The notes: generated from the sequence alone by a model not told the origin. Shown: positions 1-10,017, counted from the stretch's first letter. The stretch is DNA of 64,000 nucleotides from an uncultured Clostridia bacterium (GCA_949443285.1 CASSLW010000008.1:460-64459); one strand, 5' to 3'. Numbers and translations: made by a program.

Positions 1-174
1 TATTAATATTAGTATTGCTGATATTAGGTTTAGGTGTGATACTCCATTTGCTGATATGTATGAGAATATCATTGATAGTATGAATGTCATAATAAATACT
101 TGTATGAACCATTTGATGTTCGAGTTTTCTTTTTTGTTTTTTTGATTTTCTTTGCTTTCTTGTGTATTGCTCAT
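1..174 (-). CDS. oapA: OLE-associated membrane protein A, 5' part (runs off the window)
   Basis: Own translation MSNTQESKENQKNKKENSNIKWFIQVFIMTFILSMIFSYISANGVSHLNLISAILILI; hydrophobic helices; AGGAG RBS; lies directly downstream of the OLE RNA. Confidence 0.7.
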   Translation of the reverse strand, partial: MSNTQESKENQKNKKENSNIKWFIQVFIMTFILSMIFSYISANGVSHLNLISAILILI

Positions 175-274
175 TTTTCTTTGTTTTTCTCCTCTTTTAT
201 TAATTTAAATAGGGCTTGAATTATGCATAGTTTTAATACATTTTTATCAAGCCCCTTATTATTTTTATTGGTTA

Positions 275-837
275 GGATGGTCAAAGTCTAAGTAAATTTT
301 ACAGTTTAGGTCTAGTCGAATTTCTCTGTTCTCCGCTTAGCATTACTGCTAGAACTGTTTCCATTTAAGGAGAACATCTACCGTTGGTAGACACCAGATC
401 GCCACTTAAATCTGTACCTTAATCCCTAGACTTCTATGCTACATTTTAGCAAACATTCTAGAAGTTTTCCTTAACATGCATTTTTTAACTTTACTAGTCT
501 TTTTTGCAACTGCAATTTCATAACCTAAAGTAAAATAAATTGGCCTAATTTGTTTTTACTTATGTAAAAATTAATCCCAATACCGTCACTCAAGACAGGC
601 TACTCTATGTGTTTCGTGTCTTGGCACTCAACATAGGTTTAACTTAAATTTTTATTTAAGCCTCCGCGAAATCAGGGTCACTATGTATGCCATTACATAC
701 TCCCCTAATCTCTTTACTCCCTGGATACACACAAAACTGGCATTTCGCGCATAAACAAGAAACTTCAACGATGTGCCCTTTAGTGGATTTTTAGCCCCAC
801 CCTCGTAAAGTTTGCATGACTAGAATAATGCACCATC
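275..837 (-). ncRNA. ole: OLE RNA (ornate large extremophilic RNA)
   Basis: Minus strand carries recognisable OLE segments: GGGCTAAAAATCCACTAAAGGGCACATCGTTGAAGTT, GAAATGCCCAG, GTAGCCTGTCTTGAGTG, GTTGCAAAA, AAGGAAAACTTCTAG, AAGTGGCGATC, GTAAAATTTACTTA. 5' GATGGT can pair with 3' ACCATC. Ends approximate. Confidence 0.85.
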
Positions 838-845
838 GTTATATA

Positions 846-874
846 TTATACAATTTTTGCCGGAATATTCCAAA
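846..874 (-). promoter_or_regulatory. sigmaA-type promoter for ole
   Basis: TTGGAA-17nt-TATAAT on the minus strand just upstream of the OLE 5' end. Confidence 0.55.
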
Positions 875-1177
875 TTTATTTTAGGTCTGTTTTGGTCTTA
901 ATTTGAGTTTGCCACTTTCTTTTATTTCCTTATTTTGCACTTATTCTCATTTTTTCTCATTTTTTCTCGTTTTTTCTAGTGTGTTTGTAATTATTCTTCT
1001 ATCTATCTTCCGAATGCCTTCTTTGCGCTAATATGCACAAAAAAAGCTCCCTAAAGGAAGCTTCTTCTAAGAGAGTTTTCTTTCGGCGTATTGCATTCGC
1101 CGAGTTCTTATATTCAATTGCTCTATTTAAAACTATTCTCGTAATAGTTTTAATTTTGGTTTTTACAACATCCTGTC

Positions 1178-2611
1178 CTACAAATATAAAAGTGGGCGGA
1201 AAGTAACGCCGCTGTTGGCATCAGTCGTGAAGAAGTCGTCGTCGCGGTAGCTCGCATAGTAGATACCGTAGCCGCTGTCGTAAATACCTCCTCTATTCAC
1301 GCACGGATAGCGGATGTGGCTGTAAGTTTCTGTTGTCCATTCACAACAATTACTTGCTATATCCCATATATTACATATTTTATCTTGATTAGTTGTTGCT
1401 AAATTATTTGTTCCCTGATTTGCTATGTAATCTTTATTTAAACTATTTTGATTAGCATAATTCTCATTTGTAACTTTTTGTATAAATACTATTGCTGTAT
1501 CCCATGCATAACTATTCATTAAATCACTTGCAAATGTCTTTCCTATATACATATTTTTTGATAATTCTGATGCTTTATTTTGTGTTACATAATTCCATAC
1601 TTGGCTATTAGGCTTAGTTACTAATTGTCCGTTAGTATATCCTGTCCACATTGTGTCTGAACCATTATAATATCCATATGGTCCTGGATATTGTATTTCT
1701 GTTTCATCTAATGTTGCGTTGTCTACTCTTGCTTCATATCTTCCTATATAATATCCACCACTTCTTTCAGCACTTGCTTTCAATTTGAAATCTTCTATAT
1801 CTGTTGCTATTGCATTTTTATAATCTGCTCCATGATTTTCTTTTGTGTCTTCTGTATAACTATCATATATTTCTTTTGAGCCTTCGTCATTCTCTTCTCC
1901 TGTTGTTTCATCAAATGTATATCTGCTTAAATTTATTGTTACAGTTTCTGTTTCTGACTTTTTAATTTCTCCAACTGGTATCCATACAAATTCACTTCCA
2001 ATTGTTCCTTCATATGTTGCATCTTGGATTACAATTCCGTCTTTTACACTTGGTGTTGGGTCTGATGGGTTATCTTTTATAATTTTAAATCCTGCTGGTA
2101 CTGTTATCTTATTTCCAAATTCATCTGTTATAGGTGTATTATTTTCAAATGTCTTATCTTGCTCTATTGTTTCTGCTACTGTTGTTCCTGTATTATAATC
2201 TTCTGCTGGTGGAGTTTCTCCTGCTTTTACTACTGTTGTAACTTTTCCAGTTGTTGTATTTATCGTTACGTCATATCCTTTATATGTTACTTTAATTGTA
2301 TTTCCATTGTCTTTTATATTTGAGTCTGTTAGTCCTAGATTTTTCTTCACGTTTGTTTTAAAATCTTCTTTATTAGATTTTCCTGTTGTTTCGTCTATAC
2401 TTCCTATTGCCTCTAACTGCACCGCTTCTCTAGCTTCTGCTTCTGTTGTTTTGTCTTTGGCCGTTACAGCTTTTGTTAGCACTCCATTATCTCCTGTTAA
2501 TGTTGCAATTGCTACACCTGCAAGTATTAGTAATACTATAATTGTAATTACTAATGCTATTAATGTAATACCTTTGTTATTTGTCTTTAACTTTCTATTT
2601 TTTATTTGCAT
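1178..2611 (-). CDS. Type IV pilin-like protein with C-terminal C-type lectin/FGE-like domain; putative DGR target
   Basis: Prepilin-like N-terminus KGITLIALVITIIVLLILAGV; C-terminal motifs GGYYIGRYEA, NIWDIASNCCEWT, RGG, VTFRPLLYL. Confidence 0.8.
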   Translation of the reverse strand: MQIKNRKLKTNNKGITLIALVITIIVLLILAGVAIATLTGDNGVLTKAVTAKDKTTEAEAREAVQLEAIGSIDETTGKSNKEDFKTNVKKNLGLTDSNIKDNGNTIKVTYKGYDVTINTTTGKVTTVVKAGETPPAEDYNTGTTVAETIEQDKTFENNTPITDEFGNKITVPAGFKIIKDNPSDPTPSVKDGIVIQDATYEGTIGSEFVWIPVGEIKKSETETVTINLSRYTFDETTGEENDEGSKEIYDSYTEDTKENHGADYKNAIATDIEDFKLKASAERSGGYYIGRYEARVDNATLDETEIQYPGPYGYYNGSDTMWTGYTNGQLVTKPNSQVWNYVTQNKASELSKNMYIGKTFASDLMNSYAWDTAIVFIQKVTNENYANQNSLNKDYIANQGTNNLATTNQDKICNIWDIASNCCEWTTETYSHIRYPCVNRGGIYDSGYGIYYASYRDDDFFTTDANSGVTFRPLLYL

Positions 2612-2810
2612 AAAAAACTTCTCCTCTCTCTTTTGTTTTTTCTTTTGCTTTACTGCTTTTATTTTATTATATGTATTTATATTACGTAAATAGATAATAC
2701 ATCATTTTCTTTATTTAAATTATTCCACTTTTGCAAAAAAATTGTATTGACCTGAATTTTCAGTTTCAATACAATTTTCTATATCTAATATTTGCATTTA
2801 TTGAGCATTT

Positions 2811-3482
2811 TTATATGTTCTTTTTTATTTCGTTGTATATTTCTTCGTGTATGTCTTCTATTGTTCTTATGTTATCATCTTTTACACATTTTATTTCATA
2901 CCAACCGTATTTTTGCGCTACCTCACATGCTGCTGAGTATGCATCTTTTAAGTGTTCTGTGTCGCTTTCATGTATGTCTTTTTTGGTGTCATGTGTAAAT
3001 TTATTTTCTCTATTTGCCATTAGTTCTAATGATTTTTCTACTGGCATGTTTAAGAAGAATACTTCTGTTGGTATGGGTAGTTTGTATAGGTTGAATTCAA
3101 AATCCCATAACCATTTTAAAAATTTTTCTCTTTCTACTGGATCTGATATTTTCCCTGCTTGGTGTACCATGTTAGCTGTTGTGTATCTATCTGCTAGTAT
3201 TATTCCGCCTTTTTCATAGTATTCTTGGTATCCTGTTTTGAATGTTGCGTATCTGTCTGCTGCATAGAATGTTGATGCTATGTATGGACTTATTTCTTTT
3301 GCGTTTGTTCCAAATTCTCCTGATAAATACATTTTTACTAGTGCTGAACTGTCGCTTTCATAGTTTGGAAAGCTTACTACTTTATAGTCTATTCCGTCTT
3401 GTGTTAGCCTTTCTTGTAGTTTTTTGAATTGTGTTTGTTTTCCGCTTCCGTCTGTTCCGTCTATTACGTATAATTTTCCCAT
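2811..3482 (-). CDS. tmk: Thymidylate kinase
   Basis: P-loop DGTDGSGKQTQ, AADR and ADRY motifs. Confidence 0.85.
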   Translation of the reverse strand: MGKLYVIDGTDGSGKQTQFKKLQERLTQDGIDYKVVSFPNYESDSSALVKMYLSGEFGTNAKEISPYIASTFYAADRYATFKTGYQEYYEKGGIILADRYTTANMVHQAGKISDPVEREKFLKWLWDFEFNLYKLPIPTEVFFLNMPVEKSLELMANRENKFTHDTKKDIHESDTEHLKDAYSAACEVAQKYGWYEIKCVKDDNIRTIEDIHEEIYNEIKKNI

Positions 3483-3604
3483 ATTTTTTCTCCTTCTTTG
3501 CTTTTTTCTTTTTTATTTTACTAGTTTAATTTGTGAAAATCAATATATTTCTTGTTTTTATTTTACATTATAAAATCTACAAAATATATTTATGATAGCG
3601 CAAC

Positions 3605-3900
3605 ATTTATATTCTATTATACTTAAATTACAACCTACAAGAAATAATATTAAATTTCAACATAACAAGTTTACATTCTACTATATTTAAATTACTACCT
3701 ACTGGATCCGCTGTAGTTGCATATTCTTGTAAATTCTTTACATTCTATTATATTTATATTACTACTTGACATTGAGGACAAGTCCAAACTTCGTAGCCAT
3801 AATTTACATTCTATTATATTTAAATTTCTACTGCAAATTTATCTATTTCACTAAACCCTACTAACTCATAATTTACATTCTACTATATTTAAATTATTGC
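3605..3900 (-). CRISPR. Degenerate CRISPR mini-array, 5 repeats / 4 spacers
   Basis: 30-bp variants of ATTTACATTCTACTATATTTAAATTACTAC at 3605, 3669, 3736, 3802, 3871; spacers 34-39 bp. Strand inferred from type I-B-like ATGTAAAT end and a promoter-bearing AT-rich region on the right. Confidence 0.85.
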
Positions 3901-4131
3901 ACGCATAAACAAGCCCATTATCTCATATATCCTAAAAAGCATAACTTTTATCTTTCCATTGACACATATTTTGTTTTCCTTCTTTTTAATGTTTTTATTA
4001 TATCTTTTATTCTTGCATTTATCAATCTTTTCTCACACAAAAATACACTACGTATTACATAGTGTATCTTTTGTTTTATATTGACCTTTATTTACTTCAA
4101 ATTTTCCTATTACAGCATCTACTTAATTTCA

Positions 4132-5382
4132 TTATTTATCTAACCAATCTTTCCCATCAACAACCCTTGTAACCATCATAGAAGAAACCGTATCTCCTAC
4201 AACATTAAGCATAGTTGCTGGTGGGTCAATAATTGTAGCTATAATTGTCAAAATTGGAAGTGCTGCTACTGGATAGCCAAGCATAGTAATAATTAGCATT
4301 TCTGAAATAGTTCCACCACCAATTGGCACTGCTGTTATTAAAAGGTTTGCAAGTAATGCAACTCCTACTACTCCTAAAATACTTCCTGGTGTTGCTAAGC
4401 TTGTTCCAAATAGACAAACTAAAAACATTATTTTAAATACTGAACCTATTATTGAACCGTCTTTATGGAAGCTTGTTCCTAATGGTATTGTTGTTTCTGC
4501 TATATCATCTGGTACTCCCATTTTTTTAGCGCATTCAACATTTACTGGTATTGATGCTGCACTTGAACATGTTGCTAATGCTGTTAATGTTGAAGGTATG
4601 GCGTTTTTCCAAAATGCTGCTATTCCTTTTTTCCCACCTGCTATAAAAGCATATATTGTGTATATAATAAAGTAAAATGCTATTGCTACAATTGTATATA
4701 TTACAAATGTTTTTAAGTATCCTACTGCTATTGAAGCTCCAAAGCTTCCTACTAATGCTGCAAAGTAGCATCCTAATCCTACTGGTGCAAAATACATTAT
4801 GATTTTTACTATGTTTCCTACTATTTCATTTGCTGATACTAGAAAATCATATACAGGCTTTCCTTTTTCTCCTGCCATATTTGTTGCAATTCCAAATATT
4901 ACTGATGCAATTAGAAGTGCTACAATGTTATCTTTTGATAACAATTTCGAAAAGTCATTTACTGTTAATAAATTAACTGTTCTGTCTGCAATTGTTAGTT
5001 CTTCCTCATCTGTTGCTTCGTCGTCTGTTGTTTCTTGTAGTGAAGTTCTAATTTGTTCTCCGTCTTCTGGGTTTACTAGTTTTACAAAATATGTACTAAC
5101 AAATCCTATAATTACCGCAATAATTGATGTGAATATGAATACGCCAATTATTGTAATCATTATTTTTCCTATTCTTTTTGGTTGTTTCATTTTTGCAATT
5201 GATGTGGTAATTGTTAAGAATATTAGTGGTACAATTATTACCAGTAATAGATTTAGAAATAAATCTCCCAAAGGACTTAAAATTGTTGCTTTTTCTTGGA
5301 ATATAATTCCTACAATGGCACCAACAATAATAGCAACTAATAAAATTATTGTTGATTTGTAATTTGATAAAAATTTTTTCAT
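4132..5382 (-). CDS. Dicarboxylate/amino acid:cation symporter (DAACS)
   Basis: Multi-TM protein with TCSSAASIP, PLGTSFHKDG and NVVGD motifs. Confidence 0.9.
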   Translation of the reverse strand: MKKFLSNYKSTIILLVAIIVGAIVGIIFQEKATILSPLGDLFLNLLLVIIVPLIFLTITTSIAKMKQPKRIGKIMITIIGVFIFTSIIAVIIGFVSTYFVKLVNPEDGEQIRTSLQETTDDEATDEEELTIADRTVNLLTVNDFSKLLSKDNIVALLIASVIFGIATNMAGEKGKPVYDFLVSANEIVGNIVKIIMYFAPVGLGCYFAALVGSFGASIAVGYLKTFVIYTIVAIAFYFIIYTIYAFIAGGKKGIAAFWKNAIPSTLTALATCSSAASIPVNVECAKKMGVPDDIAETTIPLGTSFHKDGSIIGSVFKIMFLVCLFGTSLATPGSILGVVGVALLANLLITAVPIGGGTISEMLIITMLGYPVAALPILTIIATIIDPPATMLNVVGDTVSSMMVTRVVDGKDWLDK

Positions 5383-5490
5383 AGTACTACCTCTTTCTAA
5401 TGTAAGGTAACTAAAAATATAGTTATATCTTTAGAATTTGTTATTATTATATATTACAATATTCGCTTTTTCAAGTATTTATGACATATT

Positions 5491-5757
5491 TTATGCTCTT
5501 TCATAATGTGACCATATGCTAAGTATTTTTATGGCTTTTTCTTCTTCATATACTTGATAAACTAATCTGTGTTGTATATTAATTCTTCTTGAGTATGCTC
5601 CTTTCAGCTCCCCAACCAATTTTTCATATGGTGGTGGAGTTTTAATTGGGTCTTGTTTTATTATTTCTATTAATCTTTTTAGTTTGTCATTTAATCCTGC
5701 CGATTTTATTTTGGACACATCTTTTACTGCTTGTTTCCTATAAAACACTTTATACAC
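5491..5757 (-). CDS. yoeB: Txe/YoeB family toxin
   Basis: PPYEKLVGELKGAYSRRINIQHRLVY motif. Confidence 0.9.
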   Translation of the reverse strand: MYKVFYRKQAVKDVSKIKSAGLNDKLKRLIEIIKQDPIKTPPPYEKLVGELKGAYSRRINIQHRLVYQVYEEEKAIKILSIWSHYERA

Positions 5758-6005
5758 TATAATTCCACCTCTTCTTCATCAATGCAGTCTTCTAATGGTT
5801 CTTTTAGTCCTTTTACTATATCTTCTTTTAATCCTGGAATAGATGATATATATAATGTTTCCATTAAGTTGTTATAATCTTCTTCTGATAGAACTACTGC
5901 ATTTCCATTTTTTGTTGATATATTTATCGGTTCATTATATTTGATAGTTTTCTCTAATAGTTCATATATATCTTTTCTGAAATTTGTTATATTTATATTA
6001 GTCAT
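5757..6005 (-). CDS. yefM: Phd/YefM antitoxin
   Basis: NITNFRKDIY...NAVVLSEEDYNNLMETLY; overlaps the toxin start; start moved to the ATG with GGAGG RBS. Confidence 0.88.
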   Translation of the reverse strand: MTNINITNFRKDIYELLEKTIKYNEPINISTKNGNAVVLSEEDYNNLMETLYISSIPGLKEDIVKGLKEPLEDCIDEEEVEL

Positions 6006-6100
6006 AATAACACCTCCTGATATTTTCATATATAATTATAGCATACGTTTTAACGTACGTCAACGTTCTATATTATTATTTTAATCATATTTATGTGCTA

Positions 6101-6463
6101 TTATTCAAAAGCCTGTTTTATATGTTCTATTTTGTAATTGCTATTATTCAAAAAAACTTCAATTACATCAAATCTAGTAGGTTTATTTGCAAGTTTATTT
6201 TTATAAATATAATATTTTGCAACCTTTTTAATATGTTGCTGTTTTACCTTTTCAACCGCTTCACCGGGTCTACCATATTTTAAACTTGTACGAGTTTTCA
6301 CTTCTACAAATACAAGCTCTTTTCTAGTTTCGTCATATGAAACAATATCAATCTCGCCTTGTCTACATCTCAAATTTCTTTTTAGAATTTTATAATTATT
6401 TTTTTCTAGGTATTGGCAAGCTAAGTTCTCGCCAATTTTTCCTATTCCTTGATTTAAATACAT
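6101..6463 (-). CDS. yraN: YraN family endonuclease
   Basis: GKIGENLACQYL, GEIDIV, VFVEVKTR, RFDVI. Confidence 0.9.
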   Translation of the reverse strand: MYLNQGIGKIGENLACQYLEKNNYKILKRNLRCRQGEIDIVSYDETRKELVFVEVKTRTSLKYGRPGEAVEKVKQQHIKKVAKYYIYKNKLANKPTRFDVIEVFLNNSNYKIEHIKQAFE

Positions 6464-7371
6464 TTATACCCTCCCTCTATTTTCTTTATAGCCCCTTCTA
6501 ATTCTAGCATCAATAGAGCATTTGTGATTTCGCTTATTGATTTATTAGATTTTTTCGCTATTTCATTTACTTCTTTGTTTCCGTTTCTAATTAGCATATA
6601 TACTTCTTTTTCTATTTTGTTTGTTAAGTGCATTTCAAGAGTTTTGTTTGTCTTTTGTTTTTGTATTTTATTCTTATTTATTTTATCTATATTTTCTGTA
6701 CTAGCTTCTTCAAATTCTATATACTTTAAAAATTCAAAATTATCAATAATATCTTTTGTTGAAGTAATTAAAATAGCTCCCTTTTTTATTAAATTATTTG
6801 TTCCTACTCCATATTTGTCATCAATTTCATGTGGCAACACAAATACCTTTCTTCCTTGACTTTTAGCTAGCCTCGCTGTCACACTTGTTCCGCTTCTATG
6901 TGCTGCTTCTACCACTAATATTGCTATGGATAGTCCACTTACAATCCTATTTCTTTCTAGAAATAAGTTTGACTTAGCTTTTGTATCTGGTGGATATTCG
7001 CTTACTATAAGTCCACCTTCTTTTATAATTTCTTTGTATAATTCTATATTTTCCTTTGGAAATATATGATTAAATCCATTTCCTAATACTGCTATTGTCT
7101 TTCCTCCAGCTTGCATTGTACCTATATGTGCTGCACTATCAATACCTTTTGCCATTCCACTTGCAATAGTTATTTTTTGCATTGTTAGTTCAGCTGCAAA
7201 TTTTTTTGCAAGTTTTTTACCATTTGGGGTACAATTTCGCGAACCTACAATTGAAATTATATTTTGGTTTAATAATTCAATATTTCCTTCTAAATATAGT
7301 TGCTTAGGTGGATTTTTTATGTTTCTTAATTGTTTTGGATATTGTTTATCTTCTATTGTGACTTTTGTCAT
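6454..7371 (-). CDS. dprA: DNA-processing protein DprA
   Basis: IVGSR, SGMAKGIDSAAH, ERNRIVSGLS, C-terminal winged helix. Confidence 0.92.
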   Translation of the reverse strand: MTKVTIEDKQYPKQLRNIKNPPKQLYLEGNIELLNQNIISIVGSRNCTPNGKKLAKKFAAELTMQKITIASGMAKGIDSAAHIGTMQAGGKTIAVLGNGFNHIFPKENIELYKEIIKEGGLIVSEYPPDTKAKSNLFLERNRIVSGLSIAILVVEAAHRSGTSVTARLAKSQGRKVFVLPHEIDDKYGVGTNNLIKKGAILITSTKDIIDNFEFLKYIEFEEASTENIDKINKNKIQKQKTNKTLEMHLTNKIEKEVYMLIRNGNKEVNEIAKKSNKSISEITNALLMLELEGAIKKIEGGYKCI

Positions 7372-7386
7372 TTAAATCCCCCTTAC

Positions 7387-8934
7387 TTAATTTTCAAAAT
7401 ATTTTCTATCTAAACTTCTATATTGAATTGCTTCTGCAAGATGTTGCGTTTTTATTTCTTTTGAATTCTCTAAATCTGCTATTGTCCTTGCCACTTTTAA
7501 AATTCGTCCATATGCTCTTGCACTTAAACCTAGTTTTTCAAATGCCTCTTCTAGAATTTTTTTACTTTTATTATCTAGCCTACAATATTTTTCAATTAAA
7601 GCTGGTGTCAATTCTGAATTTGAAAATATCTTTTGTCCTTTGTATCTTTCTAGTTGTATTTTTCTTGCTTTGTTTACTCTTTTTCTAATTTCTTCTGATG
7701 TTTCTTCTTTTTTATATGAATTTAATTTTTGATATGGAACTCTACTTACTTCTATTTGCAAATCAATTCTATCTAAAAGTGGTCCACTTATTTTACTCAT
7801 ATATTTTCGAATTTGTTCTTTTGTACAATTACACTTTTGTGTATCTGAACCATAAAATCCACATGGGCACGGGTTCATACTGGCTAACAGTACAAATTTA
7901 CATGGATATGTAACCGCCATATTTAGCCTACTTATTGTTACACTTTTATCTTCTAACGGCCCTCGTAACGCTTCTATAACTTTTTTATTAAATTCTGGCA
8001 ATTCGTCTAAAAATAAAACTCCATAATGTGCTAAACTTATCTCTCCGCGGTTTTGGCGTCCTACCACCGCCTATTAATGAGGTTGTTGTTATTGTATGAT
8101 GTGGGCTTTTAAATGGCCTTGTTAAAATTATTGGTTTTTCTTCTGATAATAATCCTGCTATACTATGAATTTTCGTCACTTCTAACGCTTCTTCAAAGCT
8201 CATATCTGGTAATATACTCGGAAATCTTTTGGCAAGCATTGTCTTCCCTGAACCGGGAACACCGAATTAACGCACAATTATGGCTTCCTGCTGCCGATAC
8301 TTCTAGCGCTCTTTTTACTAATTCTTGCCCTTTTACTTCTGAAAAATCAAACTGATATTTTGCTTGATTTTGTGAATTAAATTTTTTTGTTTTTGTTTTC
8401 TCAATATATGAGTTTCCATTTAAATATTCTATAATTTCTTCTAAATGATTAATTGGTAATATCTTTAGTCCGTCAACTATTTGAGCCTCATTTTCGTTTT
8501 GCTTTGGCAGAACTATTCTTTTTATTCCTAGTCTTTTCGCCTCTATGCAAATTGGTAAAATTCCATTTATTTTTTCCACACTTCCATATAAAGATAGTTC
8601 TCCTACAAAAATGGTATCTTTTAGGAATTCTAATAAATACGGATTACTAATTTGTTGGCTTGCTATTAAAATACCTAAAGCTATTGGTAAATCAAACTTT
8701 GAACCTTCTTTTCTTGTATTCGCTGGCGCTAAATTTACAATGATTTTTCTACTTAGCATTTCCCCTTGTGTATTTTTTATCGCTGTTTTAACTCTCTCTT
8801 TTGCTTCTTTTACACTTGCATCTGGTAACCCGAACTATCTCGAAATGCGGAAGCCCTGCTGATATGTCTACTTGTATAGATACTAAATATCCATTTAATC
8901 CTTGTAACGCCATACTTTGTACTGTTGATAACAT
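7387..8934 (-). CDS. comM: ComM/YifB Mg-chelatase-like ATPase split by three +1 shifts at CGG codons (514 aa if each C is skipped)
   Basis: Fragments join as EIV-GLPDASV (8830-8832), [13 protein letters not shown] (8262-8264), PKP-GEISLAH (8045-8047); LFLDELPEF and SGPLLDRID intact; no other lesions. Confidence 0.88.
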
Positions 8935-8951
8935 TTGCTTCCTTTCTTTTA

Positions 8952-9123
8952 TGTTTGGATATCTGAGATCACTACAATTGGTAAAATAATTATTAAAGGG
9001 TATGAAATATTTGCCGAATGCACGAATTTCAAAAATCTATTTATATAACTTTTATAGGGATTTTATAAATGAATAACTATTAAATAAAGGGGTTCAATTG
9101 TAATGACCTCAGATATCCAAACA
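8952..9123. mobile_element. MITE-like or invertible element with ~29-bp terminal inverted repeats
   Basis: TGTTTGGATATCTGAGATCACTACAATTG ... CAATTGTAATGACCTCAGATATCCAAACA (2 mismatches), TA on both sides, non-coding interior. Confidence 0.6.
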
Positions 9124-9289
9124 TATTTTATTGTTCTCTTGATTATTTTTGATTTAATTTTCGATTTAAAAATTCTTGATTTTAATTAAATTAGTATTGC
9201 AATAAATATTTAACTGTAAATCTTTTTATAGCTTAACAGAATTTTTTACAAATTGCAATACTTTTTTTAAAATTTCCCAAAAAACTTTT

Positions 9290-9305
9290 CGACAAAATTC
9301 GACAA
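9290..9305 (+). repeat. Putative att core (left), overlapping tandem Spo0A-box-like motifs
   Basis: CGACAAAATTCGACAA identical to 45763-45778; TTAGTAAC arm-like repeats inside at ~9418-9438. Confidence 0.7.
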
Positions 9306-9437
9306 AAGCTAATAAATGGGTATTTTTCTAAATCCTTATAGTTTCGTTATATTGCTTGATACTCTAAGGATTTAATTGTTTCTATACATTTGTGCAGACT
9401 TGCAAAAAATTCTTTAATTAGTAACAAATTAGTAACA

Positions 9438-9587
9438 CTAGCAATTATAAAAATTAACTGCACTTAAAATATAAATTTTCTTTATAATTTCCTTATGCCT
9501 TTTTATTATTTCCAATTCTTCTTTGCTAAATAATACTATATTTTCCGTAATTCTTTCATTAATAAATTTTTCTACTACATTTTCCAT
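9438..9587 (-). CDS. Small hypothetical prophage protein (49 aa)
   Basis: Own translation MENVVEKFINERITENIVLFSKEE...; AGGAG upstream. Confidence 0.5.
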   Translation of the reverse strand: MENVVEKFINERITENIVLFSKEELEIIKRHKEIIKKIYILSAVNFYNC

Positions 9588-9748
9588 TACTTATTTTTCT
9601 CCTTCTACTTCTATTTTGAATACGTACTCTTTTCTTGTAAAAAATTATATATTATTATTTGTAAAATATAAAAAAACTTATATGAATGTATATAAGTTCT
9701 TTATAAAGCTGATTTTTGAAACAACTTTGGGTTTTAGATTTTTGACGT

Positions 9749-9985
9749 TTAAATCTCTCCTATTCCGCTTATTTCAAATGGTTCAGTCTCAAACAAGTCT
9801 AAAATTGTAATACCCAAATTTTGTGCAATTACTAATATTTCTATAAACAGTATCTTATCTACATCGCTCTCTATCTCTGCAAGTCTATGTCTCTCTATTC
9901 CTGTTAGCTCCGAAAGTTCTCTTATACTTATGTTTTTACTTTCTCTTACTTCTTTTATCTTTAATCTTACTACCATAAAAAACAC
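9749..9985 (-). CDS. XRE-family HTH protein
   Basis: IKEVRESKNISIRELSELTGI HTH. Confidence 0.75.
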   Translation of the reverse strand: MFFMVVRLKIKEVRESKNISIRELSELTGIERHRLAEIESDVDKILFIEILVIAQNLGITILDLFETEPFEISGIGEI

Positions 9986-10017
9986 CTCTAATTTATTATT
10001 ATTAGAAGTGTTTATTT

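Noticed and set aside
7387-8934. comM as a simple pseudogene or homopolymer sequencing error
   Set aside because: All three breaks are the same non-homopolymer C before a Gly codon, matching four more sites in prophage genes; an artefact is not formally excluded without reads.
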